NCBI GenBank assembly: GCA_030646565.1
Contig: JAUSLA010000015.1
Span: forward strand, 1-51,468
Length of the DNA stretch: 51,468 nucleotides
Direction of reading: 5' to 3'
Origin: a bacterium
GTDB lineage: Bacteria > Patescibacteriota > Minisyncoccia > Minisyncoccales > RBG-13-42-11
The notes beneath the pieces were generated by a model that was not told the DNA's origin, searched no databases, and worked only from the letters and a program-made list of their open reading frames with translations. This document shows positions 8,351-16,436 of the stretch, one piece after another. Position 1 is the first letter of the stretch, and each line of letters starts with the position of its first letter. The position numbers were made by a program, and so were the translations under genes.

Positions 8351-9332
8351 TTAGCTTTTGAATGTAAGCGGCTGCGGAAATAGCGGCTTTGGCTCCCTCT
8401 CCTGCAGCGATAACTATCTGGTTATATAAGACATCGTCTACATCACCCGCGGCAAAAAGACCGGCGGTTTTAGTCATACAGGTTCTTGAGTCAACTACAA
8501 TTTCATCTCTCTTATTAAAATCAACCAGCCCTCTGACAAAAGAAGTGGCCGGCTGATAACCAATTTCAACAAAAACGCCTTCCACCGAAAGGTTGATTGT
8601 TTTTTTTGTTTTTCTTTCCTGATAACTTAACGATTCTACAAATTGATCGCCTTGAATTTTTTGCGCAGAAACATTAGTTATTGTTTCAACCTTGCCGCTT
8701 TTTTTAACTAATCCTTGATTTTCAGCGTCGGCTCCAACTTGCGGATTATATTCCAAAATATAAATTTTTTTGGCTATTTTACTTAGAAAAATGGCTGCTT
8801 CAAAACCGGCGTTTCCTCCGCCAACAATTGCCACTGTTTTGTCAAAAAACAAAGGGCCGTCGCATGTGACGCAATAACTCACTCCCTTTCCTAAAAATTC
8901 TTTTTCTCCGGGAACTTCCAAGCGCCTGGGATCAGCTCCCGAAGCAACAATGATTGCTTTTGACTGAAATCGCTGTTTGCTTTTGGTTAAAACCGAGAAA
9001 TTCCTCCCAATTTTTTTTATTTCTTTAGCCTCGTCTCTCTCAATTTCAATTTTCTGTTTTCTTAATTGTTTCTCGAATTTCTGGGTTAGTTCCATGCCGG
9101 ATACTTCTTCAAAACCGGGATAATTTTCAATAACCACTGCTTTTTCTGTTATGTACCCGCCAAAACTTTTAGTTATTAATAACGTATTCAGTCCTTGTCT
9201 TGCTGCGTAAATTCCAGCCGTAATTCCGGCCGGCCCTCCGCCAATAATTATTAAATCATAAACCGAGTCCCGCGAAGCGGGACGAAGGTGGAGAAGAGGA
9301 CGCAGTTCTCTTCGACTCGCTAAGTTACTCAT
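8343..9332 (-). CDS. trxB: Thioredoxin reductase / AhpF-like FAD oxidoreductase
   Basis: GGGPAG, GKGVSYCVTCDG, GGGNAG and FAAGD motifs. Confidence 0.9.
   Translation of the reverse strand: MSNLASRRELRPLLHLRPASRDSVYDLIIIGGGPAGITAGIYAARQGLNTLLITKSFGGYITEKAVVIENYPGFEEVSGMELTQKFEKQLRKQKIEIERDEAKEIKKIGRNFSVLTKSKQRFQSKAIIVASGADPRRLEVPGEKEFLGKGVSYCVTCDGPLFFDKTVAIVGGGNAGFEAAIFLSKIAKKIYILEYNPQVGADAENQGLVKKSGKVETITNVSAQKIQGDQFVESLSYQERKTKKTINLSVEGVFVEIGYQPATSFVRGLVDFNKRDEIVVDSRTCMTKTAGLFAAGDVDDVLYNQIVIAAGEGAKAAISAAAYIQKLNG
9262..9317 (+). repeat. Family A element translated within the TrxB N-terminus
   Basis: accgagtcccgcgaagcgggacgaaggtggagaagaggacgcagttctcttcgact, read as SRRELRPLLHLRPASRDSV. Confidence 0.9.
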
Positions 9333-9419
9333 TAAATAATTTTCGCTAATTTTTATTCGTTAAACCAGTAAATATTGCTTCAAGATGTTAGAAATGTTTA
9401 ATGCCGGGTTTTAAAATAC

Positions 9420-10283
9420 TTAACGTATTGCTTCGGTAATAGCGTCTATTAAATCTACGGCCGTTAATGATTCTCCGAATTTTTTGCCAGCTAATTCTCC
9501 GGCCGATCCATTAATAAAAGCTGCCGCCTGTCCCGCTTCAAAAGGAGAAACGCCCCTTGCCATTAAAGCTCCAGCAATACCGGCTAAAGTATCTCCCGTT
9601 CCGCCTACCGTCATAAAAGGACTGCCGGTTTTATTTATAGCCACTTCTTTTCCGTTAGAGATTATGTCTATTTTTCCTTTGAGCAAAATCGTGATTTGAA
9701 AGCGGTCAGCTTCAGCTTGAACGATTTTTATTTTTTCTTCGTCCGGCAGTTGATAAATTTCTTTTCCGGTTAAAACAAAAAATTCGTATGTATGCGGGGT
9801 TATTAAAAAGTTTTTACCGGCTATAACACTTGGCTCTTTCGCAACTGCCTGAATTGCGTCAGCATCAATGACTGCGGGAACTTGAACCTGAGAAAGATAT
9901 TCCAAAATTGTTTCCTGTGTTTCCCTTGTTCTTCCCACACCGCCACCAATAACTACCGCTGTTTTCCCGTAGGAAACTGTTTTTGCGGCTTCCGTCATTA
10001 AAAGCATAGTAGCTAAATGTTTTTTGGCCAGCCAATCGCCTTCTAAGGGATAGGCGGCTAAAATCGGAGAAAAAGAAGCGATAATATCGGCTGCTCTTTT
10101 TGGGGCAATGATTCTTACCATATCCGCTCCCGCCCTAAAAGCAGCCAAAGCCGATAAAGCCGGGGAACCGGAATAAAATTCCGAGCCGCCGATAACGGTT
10201 AATAATCCGAAGTCGTATTTTTTACTGCCTTGCGGCCTTGTCTTATAGATATTTTTTAGGATATTTTTAGATACTTCTACCAT
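9420..10283 (-). CDS. nnrD: ADP-dependent NAD(P)HX dehydratase
   Basis: KYDFG...VIGGS..YSG.P.L, VIDADA, TPH..EF, LLKG and GGTGDTLAG motifs. Confidence 0.9.
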   Translation of the reverse strand: MVEVSKNILKNIYKTRPQGSKKYDFGLLTVIGGSEFYSGSPALSALAAFRAGADMVRIIAPKRAADIIASFSPILAAYPLEGDWLAKKHLATMLLMTEAAKTVSYGKTAVVIGGGVGRTRETQETILEYLSQVQVPAVIDADAIQAVAKEPSVIAGKNFLITPHTYEFFVLTGKEIYQLPDEEKIKIVQAEADRFQITILLKGKIDIISNGKEVAINKTGSPFMTVGGTGDTLAGIAGALMARGVSPFEAGQAAAFINGSAGELAGKKFGESLTAVDLIDAITEAIR

Positions 10284-10320
10284 AAGTTTATCTTTTTTAG
10301 CTTATTAGCTGGTTAGCTTT

Positions 10321-12054
10321 TTAGGCCTTCCCCGTTTTTCTTCTTAAATAAGCCGGCGTCTCCCAAAATCGTTCTTTTTCAGCTATCTCCCGCTCTATTT
10401 CTTCAATTTCTTTTTTTATCTGAATGGCGTTTTTTCTGATTTTTTCCTCTCCCCCATTTTGAACTAAAACCTGCTTGACTTGAGACAATTTTTCTTCTTC
10501 CGAAAAAATAGGCGCCGTTTCTTTTTCTTTTTCCTGTTTGACAAATTCAATAGCAATCTTTTTTGGTTCTTCCTTTTCAGATTTTTCTGCTTTGCGCCTC
10601 TTTTGCGCATCCGCCGATGAGGAGGATTCTCTAATGATTTTTTTCTTTTCTGGAATCTCCTTTTCTTCTATCGCGCCCTTAACAACTGCTGATATTTTTT
10701 TGTCGAAGAGCTTCGCTCTTCTCCGCTCTTCGCTGCGGCTCGAGCTATTGATTCTTTTTTTATGTACGGGCTGTTTTTTTTCTTCTCCAGTCGGAGAACT
10801 TCGTTCTTCTACACTCTTCGCTGCGGCTCGAGTAAGCGAAGGTTTAAGAAGAGGATATAATCCTCTTCGCCTACCCTTCACTTGCGCTCGGCTAAACAAC
10901 TTCATTCCGCAGCCGTTAGCCAAAAGGGTGGTTTTAATTATTTCTGAATACTTTGGGTTTTGAGAAATTCCAAAAATAATCTTGGCTTCCGGATGAACCA
11001 ATTCGGAAATGGTCTTTGATATTTGACTCACTTCGAAAAGAGAAAGATTTTTTTCTCCCGCAATATTAAACAAAACTCCTTTTGCCCCCCGAATATTGTA
11101 GGAATACAAAGGGGAGGAAAGGACTTTGTCAATCAATTCTTTAATTGAACCTTCTTTTCTCTGTACTTCAGCGGTATTTAAGTATACCAACCGTCCCTGC
11201 CCTTCCAAAATAGTTCTGAAATCGGCAAAATCAATATTAATTAAACCCGGCTCATAAATTGTTTCAATCAAACCGCCCAAACTTTCCGCTAAATTTTTAT
11301 TAATAACCGAAAGGGCTTGTTTCAAAGGAGTATCCTTATCAATAATCTGGAAGACCCTTTCGTTGGGAATAATCGTAATGGCATTGAGAGAATTTTTTAT
11401 TTTCTTTAAAGCGTCTTTGGCAATTTCCATTTTCTTTTCGCCTTCAAATTTGAAAGGCAAAGTAAAAATGCCATACGTGAGATTTCCCAAGCTTTTAGAA
11501 ATTTTAGCAAAAATAGGAGCCGCTCCCGAACCCGCTCCTCCTCCTAAAGAAGCGACTAAAATACATAAATCCTGGCCTTCTAAGAGTTTTTGAATTTTTT
11601 CCTTTGCTTCCAGGGCCGCATCCCTGCCAAAATCAGCATTCATGCCAGTTCCCAATCCATGGGTAAGGTTCTCGCCGAATTGAAAACGCAAAACCTTTTT
11701 CCCCAATGATTTTAAAGCCTGGAGGTCAGTGTTAGCTGCCGCAAAAGAAGCCTTAGACATTCCAGGAGCAATTTCCGATACAATTGAGCCTCCCCCGCCT
11801 CCAATTCCAATCACCCTTATTTTTGTTTTTTTAATTCCCTCGTTCTCAACTTTCGGTTTTTCAATGGCAAAGGACTTTTTTGTCAAAGAGGCCTTCTGCC
11901 GTCGAGTCGAAGACAAGACGAAAGAAGAAAAACTTTTCTTCGCACTCTTCTTCACCTGCCCGAGTCGCAACGAAGGGTGGAGAAGAAGGAATCTTCTTCG
12001 ACTCGCCCCGCTTCGCGGGGCTCGGTTTTTAATTTTTTTCTTAATTTTTCGCAT
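10321..12054 (-). CDS. ftsZ: Cell division protein FtsZ, with repeat-derived expansions at the N-terminus and in the C-terminal linker
   Basis: IRVIGIGGGG, NTD.QAL, GGG.GSG, PFKFEG, INIDFAD and the terminal PAYLRR peptide. Confidence 0.93.
   Translation of the reverse strand: MRKIKKKIKNRAPRSGASRRRFLLLHPSLRLGQVKKSAKKSFSSFVLSSTRRQKASLTKKSFAIEKPKVENEGIKKTKIRVIGIGGGGGSIVSEIAPGMSKASFAAANTDLQALKSLGKKVLRFQFGENLTHGLGTGMNADFGRDAALEAKEKIQKLLEGQDLCILVASLGGGAGSGAAPIFAKISKSLGNLTYGIFTLPFKFEGEKKMEIAKDALKKIKNSLNAITIIPNERVFQIIDKDTPLKQALSVINKNLAESLGGLIETIYEPGLINIDFADFRTILEGQGRLVYLNTAEVQRKEGSIKELIDKVLSSPLYSYNIRGAKGVLFNIAGEKNLSLFEVSQISKTISELVHPEAKIIFGISQNPKYSEIIKTTLLANGCGMKLFSRAQVKGRRRGLYPLLKPSLTRAAAKSVEERSSPTGEEKKQPVHKKRINSSSRSEERRRAKLFDKKISAVVKGAIEEKEIPEKKKIIRESSSSADAQKRRKAEKSEKEEPKKIAIEFVKQEKEKETAPIFSEEEKLSQVKQVLVQNGGEEKIRKNAIQIKKEIEEIEREIAEKERFWETPAYLRRKTGKA
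10702..10891. repeat. Cluster of family A/B modules, in-frame in the FtsZ linker (10702-10743, 10789-10891)
   Basis: gtcgaagagcttcgctcttctccgctcttcgctgcggctcga; gtcggagaacttcgttcttctacactcttcgctgcggctcga; cgaagg..aagaagaggatataatcctcttcgccta. Confidence 0.85.
11882..12026 (-). repeat. Composite: family A element carrying two nested inverted modules, in-frame in the FtsZ N-terminus
   Basis: ACCGAGCCCCGCGAAGCGGGGCGAG[module]GCAGGTGAAGAAGAG[module]GGCAGAAGGCCTCTTTGAC, about 48 codons. Confidence 0.85.
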
Positions 12055-12124
12055 GTTAATTAAGTTTACTCCGTTAGAAATTTGCCGTCAATATCGGTAA
12101 TAAAATTTAAAAAATACCGATATT

Positions 12125-12586
12125 TTATTGGATGCTCAAAAGTTCCACCTCAAAAATCAAAAAGGCGTTAGGCGGAATGGGACCTCCCGGCGTCCCTTTT
12201 TCTCCGTAGCCAAGCTCCGGAGGAATTGTCAGTTTTCTTTTTTCTCCAACCTTCATTCCCAAAACCCCGATATCCCAGCCCTTTATCACTTGTCCCGCTC
12301 CCAACGTAAAAGAAAATGGAACACCCCTGTCTCTGCTGGAATCAAACTTTGTGCCATCAAGAAGAGTGCCTGTATAGTGGACAGAAACAATGTTTTCGTT
12401 TTCAGCTGTTTTTCCCTGCCCTTCTTGAATAACTTCTATTTTCAATCCTCCATTTTGTTCTTTTAATATAGCCCCCTGATTTTCTGAATTATTTTCTTTT
12501 GGCTTTTCTTTGTTCTGCAACATAAAATAAAAACCGAAAACAGCGACTATTAAAACAATTATTATCAAAACAATTTTGCTGGCCAT
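12125..12586 (-). CDS. FKBP-type peptidyl-prolyl isomerase with an N-terminal membrane anchor
   Basis: VHYTGTL.DG.KFDSS, VIKGWD and IPPELGYG motifs; hydrophobic N-terminus. Confidence 0.95.
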   Translation of the reverse strand: MASKIVLIIIVLIVAVFGFYFMLQNKEKPKENNSENQGAILKEQNGGLKIEVIQEGQGKTAENENIVSVHYTGTLLDGTKFDSSRDRGVPFSFTLGAGQVIKGWDIGVLGMKVGEKRKLTIPPELGYGEKGTPGGPIPPNAFLIFEVELLSIQ

Positions 12587-12593
12587 ATTTTTA

Positions 12594-12692
12594 TTATATC
12601 AGAATGATTTCCAACAGCATAATCAAAAGGCTTGAAACGATGGAAATTAAGATTACCATTTTCCAGCTTATTTTTCTATTTAAAAAACCCAT
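12594..12692 (-). CDS. Possible 32-aa single-TM small protein, or a gene remnant
   Basis: [32 protein letters not shown] fills the gap between the DUF167 and FKBP genes. Confidence 0.3.
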   Translation of the reverse strand: MGFLNRKISWKMVILISIVSSLLIMLLEIILI

Positions 12693-12906
12693 TGATTTCA
12701 AAAATCTTATTTTGTTGCCTTGACCCCTTAACTAATTTTAATTTTCCTGCCGGGATATTCAGACGAGAAGATAGAATATTTATTACTGCCCTGTTTGCCC
12801 TCCCCTCTTTGGGTTTTTCTCTCACATAAACATTGAAGGAATCGCTGCCCCTCTTAATGATTTTATTTTCTTTTGAATTTGGAAAAACTTTAATTTTAAT
12901 AAACAT
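12676..12906 (-). CDS. DUF167 (YggU-like) protein
   Basis: IKVFPNSK, V...P.EGRAN..VI..L and L..G...QNK motifs. Confidence 0.85.
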   Translation of the reverse strand: MFIKIKVFPNSKENKIIKRGSDSFNVYVREKPKEGRANRAVINILSSRLNIPAGKLKLVKGSRQQNKIFEINGFFK

Positions 12907-13973
12907 TATGCATTATGTTTTATTTCAATAACATCGCCGTCCTGAATCACGTATTCCTTGCCCTCTGTACGGATTAATCCTTTTTCCCGGGCTTGAGAGA
13001 ATCCGCCTTTATCCAAAAGGTCTTTCCAGTTTATTACTTCAGCCTTGATAAAATGTTTTTCGAAATCGCTGTGTATTACTCCTCCTGCCTGCGGAGCCAT
13101 TAATCCTTTTTTAATTGTCCACGCTCTTGTTTCATCTGGCCCTGTGGTGAAAAAAGTGATGAGACCCAACAATTCGTATGCCTTTTTTATCAAAACATCC
13201 AATTCTGATTCCGCGGGCAAACCCAAAGACAATCTTTCCTCTTTACCAAAAACTGCTGCTTCAAGTTCCGTTAAAACGTCTATTATTAAAAACGGCCAAA
13301 GATTTTTTTGAAATTCTTCCGTTATATTTTTGGGAACTTCTTCATTGCTACCGTTTAATAAATACAATCTTGGCTTTATTGTCAGGAGTTGGTATTGGCG
13401 AATGATTTTTAATTCTTCTTCGCTGAAATTCTGCTCGCTCAAAATTTTACCAGTTTCCAAAAATTCTTTAACTTTTTTAAGGATTTCTAATTCTTTTAAG
13501 GCCTCTTTTTTGCCGGTCTTTGCATCTCCCTCCAAGGAGCTTGTCCTCTTTTCTGTTGTTTCCAAATCCTTTAGTATCAATTCCATGTCCAAAATTTCTT
13601 TATCAAATATAGGATTTATTTCCGGCTGAACGTTGACTATGTCATCCTTTGAAAACGCGCGCAAAACATATAAAATCGCGTCCGTCTCTCTTATGTTGGC
13701 TAAAAATTTATTCCCAAGACCTTCTCCCTTGCTGGCCCCCTTTACCAATCCCGCAATATCCAAAAATTCAATAGTTGTGTATATTTTTTTGGCTGATTTT
13801 GTCAATTCGGCAAGCTTGTCTACTCTTTCGTCTAAAACCGCAACAACGCCCACATTGGGGTCAATGGTGCAAAAAGGGTAGTTGGCCGTATCAACTTGTT
13901 TTTTGGTTATTGTTTGGAAAAGCGTTGATTTGCCCACATTAGGCAGACCCACTATTCCTATTGAAAGCGCCAT
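12906..13973 (-). CDS. ychF: Ribosome-associated ATPase YchF
   Basis: GIVGLPNVGKST, NYPFCTIDPN, DIAGLVKGAS.GEGLGNKFL and AG.IHSDF motifs. Confidence 0.97.
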   Translation of the reverse strand: MALSIGIVGLPNVGKSTLFQTITKKQVDTANYPFCTIDPNVGVVAVLDERVDKLAELTKSAKKIYTTIEFLDIAGLVKGASKGEGLGNKFLANIRETDAILYVLRAFSKDDIVNVQPEINPIFDKEILDMELILKDLETTEKRTSSLEGDAKTGKKEALKELEILKKVKEFLETGKILSEQNFSEEELKIIRQYQLLTIKPRLYLLNGSNEEVPKNITEEFQKNLWPFLIIDVLTELEAAVFGKEERLSLGLPAESELDVLIKKAYELLGLITFFTTGPDETRAWTIKKGLMAPQAGGVIHSDFEKHFIKAEVINWKDLLDKGGFSQAREKGLIRTEGKEYVIQDGDVIEIKHNA

Positions 13974-13983
13974 ATTTTATTTA

Positions 13984-14070
13984 TTATAAATATTTTAAAA
14001 ACTCTTTTGGGCTTATTTTAATTTCTCTCAAAATTTGCCTTAAAAGACCGCGATAGATATCTTCTCTACC
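13984..14070 (-). pseudogene. 3' remnant of a HicA-family toxin gene
   Basis: GREDIYRGLLRQILREIKISPKEFLKYL* resembles HicA C-termini. An in-frame TAG lies just upstream and there is no start codon. Confidence 0.6.
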
Positions 14071-14104
14071 ACAATAACCCTATTTGAAGAAAAAATAAAG
14101 TTTA

Positions 14105-14299
14105 AAAAGAAAAAGGCCCCTGCGACCACCTAAAGGAAGGTGAGATTAGCAAGGGCACATAGCGCTCAAATATCTCCTGGGACAGGAGCGCCTTTACCAT
14201 CCCAGAATATCCCTGTTAGTCCCTTCGTGACCGGGAATCGTCTTTCGAAGGACCTAGCGTACCGCCAGTCAGAAGTTCGCTAGGCAACTTTCCGACTGT
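14105..14299 (-). ncRNA. Unassigned structured RNA, ~190 nt, with two predicted H-type pseudoknots and an intrinsic terminator
   Basis: GC-rich island between a promoter and a U-tract. The helices are listed under findings. Confidence 0.65.
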
Positions 14300-14305
14300 A
14301 TAAAT

Positions 14306-14333
14306 AGTATATCATATCCAATTAAGTTGTCAA
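14306..14333 (-). promoter_or_regulatory. Sigma70 promoter for the structured RNA
   Basis: TTGACA (14333-14328), 16 nt, TATACT (14311-14306), with an extended -10 TGn. Confidence 0.7.
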
Positions 14334-14475
14334 GAAGCGATTTTGAGAACATTATTTTATTAAAAAATCGCTAGACAGGTGGGTTTTTTGTAAAAAACTT
14401 ATAACTGTTCTGGATTTTTTAAAAACAGATGCGTATGATATAATAATTAGTAATAGCTTATTATTTTAAAAAAGG

Positions 14476-14718
14476 ATGGGAAAAATAAATCTAAAAAAAT
14501 TAATCAGTCGGCTTCAAGACGCCCTAATATACGAAGAAAGGTCTTTGATTAGCTCTCAACACGATTGCTATAAAAACCTGCCGGGAAATTTAAGCCAAAA
14601 AGAAGTGGAAGAAGCAAGAGAAATGCTGGACACCCTTTTAATCCAATCCTTGAACCATGCCAATGTTTTGGGTGATTTAATTATAAAATACTATGAAAAA
14701 TCTTTTAAAGAGCTTTGA
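14476..14718 (+). CDS. Small helical protein, half-ferritin-like
   Basis: LQDALIYEE..L..QSLNHA..L pattern; overlaps the next gene. Confidence 0.55.
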   Translation: MGKINLKKLISRLQDALIYEERSLISSQHDCYKNLPGNLSQKEVEEAREMLDTLLIQSLNHANVLGDLIIKYYEKSFKEL

Positions 14719-15736
14719 GGTTCTGCTTCCCTTAGAAACAGAAGCAAGCCAGATTTACTCTGCAATACTGGATGAGTTTCCTGGGGTTGATGAACTTGCT
14801 GAAAAAATCAGCCACATAAGAAACGAGGAAATTTACCACATACAAATAGCTAATAGCCTTATTAAAATAGGGAAAAAAGCAGAAAAAAGAAAAACAGGAA
14901 TCATTATTCCTTCCAAGAATACGCGGGACTTTCTGCAGAATGATTTTAATTTTAAGGGCTATTTATTAAATACGTTAACTCGGCTCCTTGATGCAAAAAT
15001 TCAGTCATTTATGTTGATTAATTTGCTGAATAAAAAAGATGTAAGGTATCAAAGGGCAAGGCAAACTCGCGATAATATAACAAAAATCATTATTCATAAT
15101 CTTAAAAGCCCTTTAACAATAACTAAATGGATCTCTGACTTGCTGCTGGAAGGGAAAAAAGAAAAATTAACTGGCGAGCAGAAAGAAATGGTAGAAAAAA
15201 TTAAAACTGCCAACAGTTCAATGTTTTCGCTTGTGAAAGATGTTTTAGAAATGAACCAAGCCGAAGAAAAGAAAAAATTGAAAAAAGAAAAAATTAACAC
15301 AACGAAGATTTTGGAAGAAATTATAAAAGAATCAAACAATCTAATTAAAATTACAGGCCAAAAAATTAATTTTCAACCGCCAAAAAAAGATATAATAGTT
15401 TTGAGTAACGCCGAAGTTTTAAAAAAAGTTCTCTCTGCCATTTTGACTAATGCTATCTCCTACGGAAAAAAGGGAGGAAAAATTTTCGTTAAGACAGAAA
15501 AAGAAAAAAACGGAAAAGTTTTAATTTCGGTGGCTGATAATGGAATTGGAATACCGCAAAAAGAACAAAAAGATATTTTTAAAAAGCTTTTCAGGGCATC
15601 TAATGCAAAAGTTCTTTATTCTGAAGGAAGCGGTCTTGGGCTTTATATCGCTAAGGAATTAGTTAAAAATATAGGCGGAAAAATCTGGTTTAAAAGCCAA
15701 GAAGGCAAAGGAAGCGAATTCTTTATACTCATTTAA
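14693..15736 (+). CDS. Soluble sensor histidine kinase with a ferritin-like N-terminal hairpin
   Basis: H-box HNLKSPL, N-box NAISY, DNGIGI, F-box and GSGLGL. N-terminus LE.EA..IY..IRNEEIYH; no TM segment. Confidence 0.88.
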   Translation: MKNLLKSFEVLLPLETEASQIYSAILDEFPGVDELAEKISHIRNEEIYHIQIANSLIKIGKKAEKRKTGIIIPSKNTRDFLQNDFNFKGYLLNTLTRLLDAKIQSFMLINLLNKKDVRYQRARQTRDNITKIIIHNLKSPLTITKWISDLLLEGKKEKLTGEQKEMVEKIKTANSSMFSLVKDVLEMNQAEEKKKLKKEKINTTKILEEIIKESNNLIKITGQKINFQPPKKDIIVLSNAEVLKKVLSAILTNAISYGKKGGKIFVKTEKEKNGKVLISVADNGIGIPQKEQKDIFKKLFRASNAKVLYSEGSGLGLYIAKELVKNIGGKIWFKSQEGKGSEFFILI

Positions 15737-15749
15737 CAAAAGTTGAAAA

Positions 15750-15955
15750 CCTGCGTCCCGTAAAGCGGGGCGAAGACGATGCGAAGAGATAAATCTCTTA
15801 TCAAGTCCCGCTTTGCGGGACGCAGATGGAAAAGAAGGAAGAAACCTTCTTTGACTCTTAATCTTCGCTCGGTTCTACCTCGCTCAATAGATGAAGCAAC
15901 ATTTCATCGCCTAGGCGGGGCGATGAAGCTATTGCTTCATCTTCCCTTCACTTTC
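15750..15955. repeat. Scrambled cluster of at least three family A/B modules
   Basis: gtcccgctttgcgggacgcagatggaaaagaagg..ccttctttgact; gatgaagcaacatttcatcgccta; taggcggggcgatgaagctattgcttcatcttcc. Confidence 0.8.
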
Positions 15956-15964
15956 AGTAATCAA

Positions 15965-15985
15965 AAATCCGCCTTGGGCGGATTT
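15965..15985. terminator. Hairpin terminator between convergent genes
   Basis: AAATCCGCC-TTG-GGCGGATTT; the upstream A-run gives a U-tract on the minus strand. Confidence 0.6.
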
Positions 15986-16000
15986 CTGTTATCTATAAAA

Positions 16001-16294
16001 TTAATATTCTAATTTTATCCCAAGTTTTTCGGCAACCTGATGAAACCACTTTTCGTGGCGATCAACTTTGTGAGCTAACATCACCATTTCCTGAAAATAA
16101 GTATCGGCCTTCTTGGCGTAAGCATCAATGGAAACCATAAGATTATTAAAATCCTCTTTTGTAGAAAGATTCTTTACAGCTTTCTCTAAATCTTCTCTAG
16201 TGGCAAATACATCAAACAGCTTATTAAATCTTTCGTCAATTTTCTCAAACTTCTCATCTAAATATTGAATCAATTCGCTAAAATCTTCTTTCAT
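16001..16294 (-). CDS. Hypothetical coiled-coil protein
   Basis: Clean 97-aa ORF with repeated (A/S)T(R/K)ED motifs; upstream TTGACA-18-TATAAT (16385-16356). Confidence 0.75.
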   Translation of the reverse strand: MKEDFSELIQYLDEKFEKIDERFNKLFDVFATREDLEKAVKNLSTKEDFNNLMVSIDAYAKKADTYFQEMVMLAHKVDRHEKWFHQVAEKLGIKLEY

Positions 16295-16296
16295 AT

Positions 16297-16349
16297 ACCG
16301 AGTCCCGCTTTGCGGGACGAAGGTGAAGAAGAATTAATATTCTTCGCCT
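16297..16349 (+). repeat. Family A element, near consensus
   Basis: accgagtcccgctttgcgggacgaaggtgaagaagaattaatattcttcgccta. Confidence 0.92.
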
Positions 16350-16398
16350 AATCTTATTATATGCGTTTTCAAACTATGCTGTCAAATATAAGTATTGT

Positions 16399-16436
16399 AC
16401 CGAAGGTGAAGAAGAGAACCTCGTCCTCTTTGCCTA
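16399..16436 (+). repeat. Half family A element overlapping the typA stop codon
   Basis: accgaaggtgaagaagagaacctcgtcctctttgccta; the terminal CTA is the typA TAG. Confidence 0.8.

Noticed and set aside
14105..14299. 6S RNA, RNase P RNA or SRP RNA identity for the structured RNA
   Set aside because: No end-to-end rod as in 6S, no GAGGAAAGUCC-type P4 motif and too short for RNase P, and no SRP helix-8 motif seen.
15779..16012. 77-aa ORF (likewise 6387-6659, 18320-18637 and 19728-20039)
   Set aside because: These are translations of palindromic repeats or antisense shadows of real genes.
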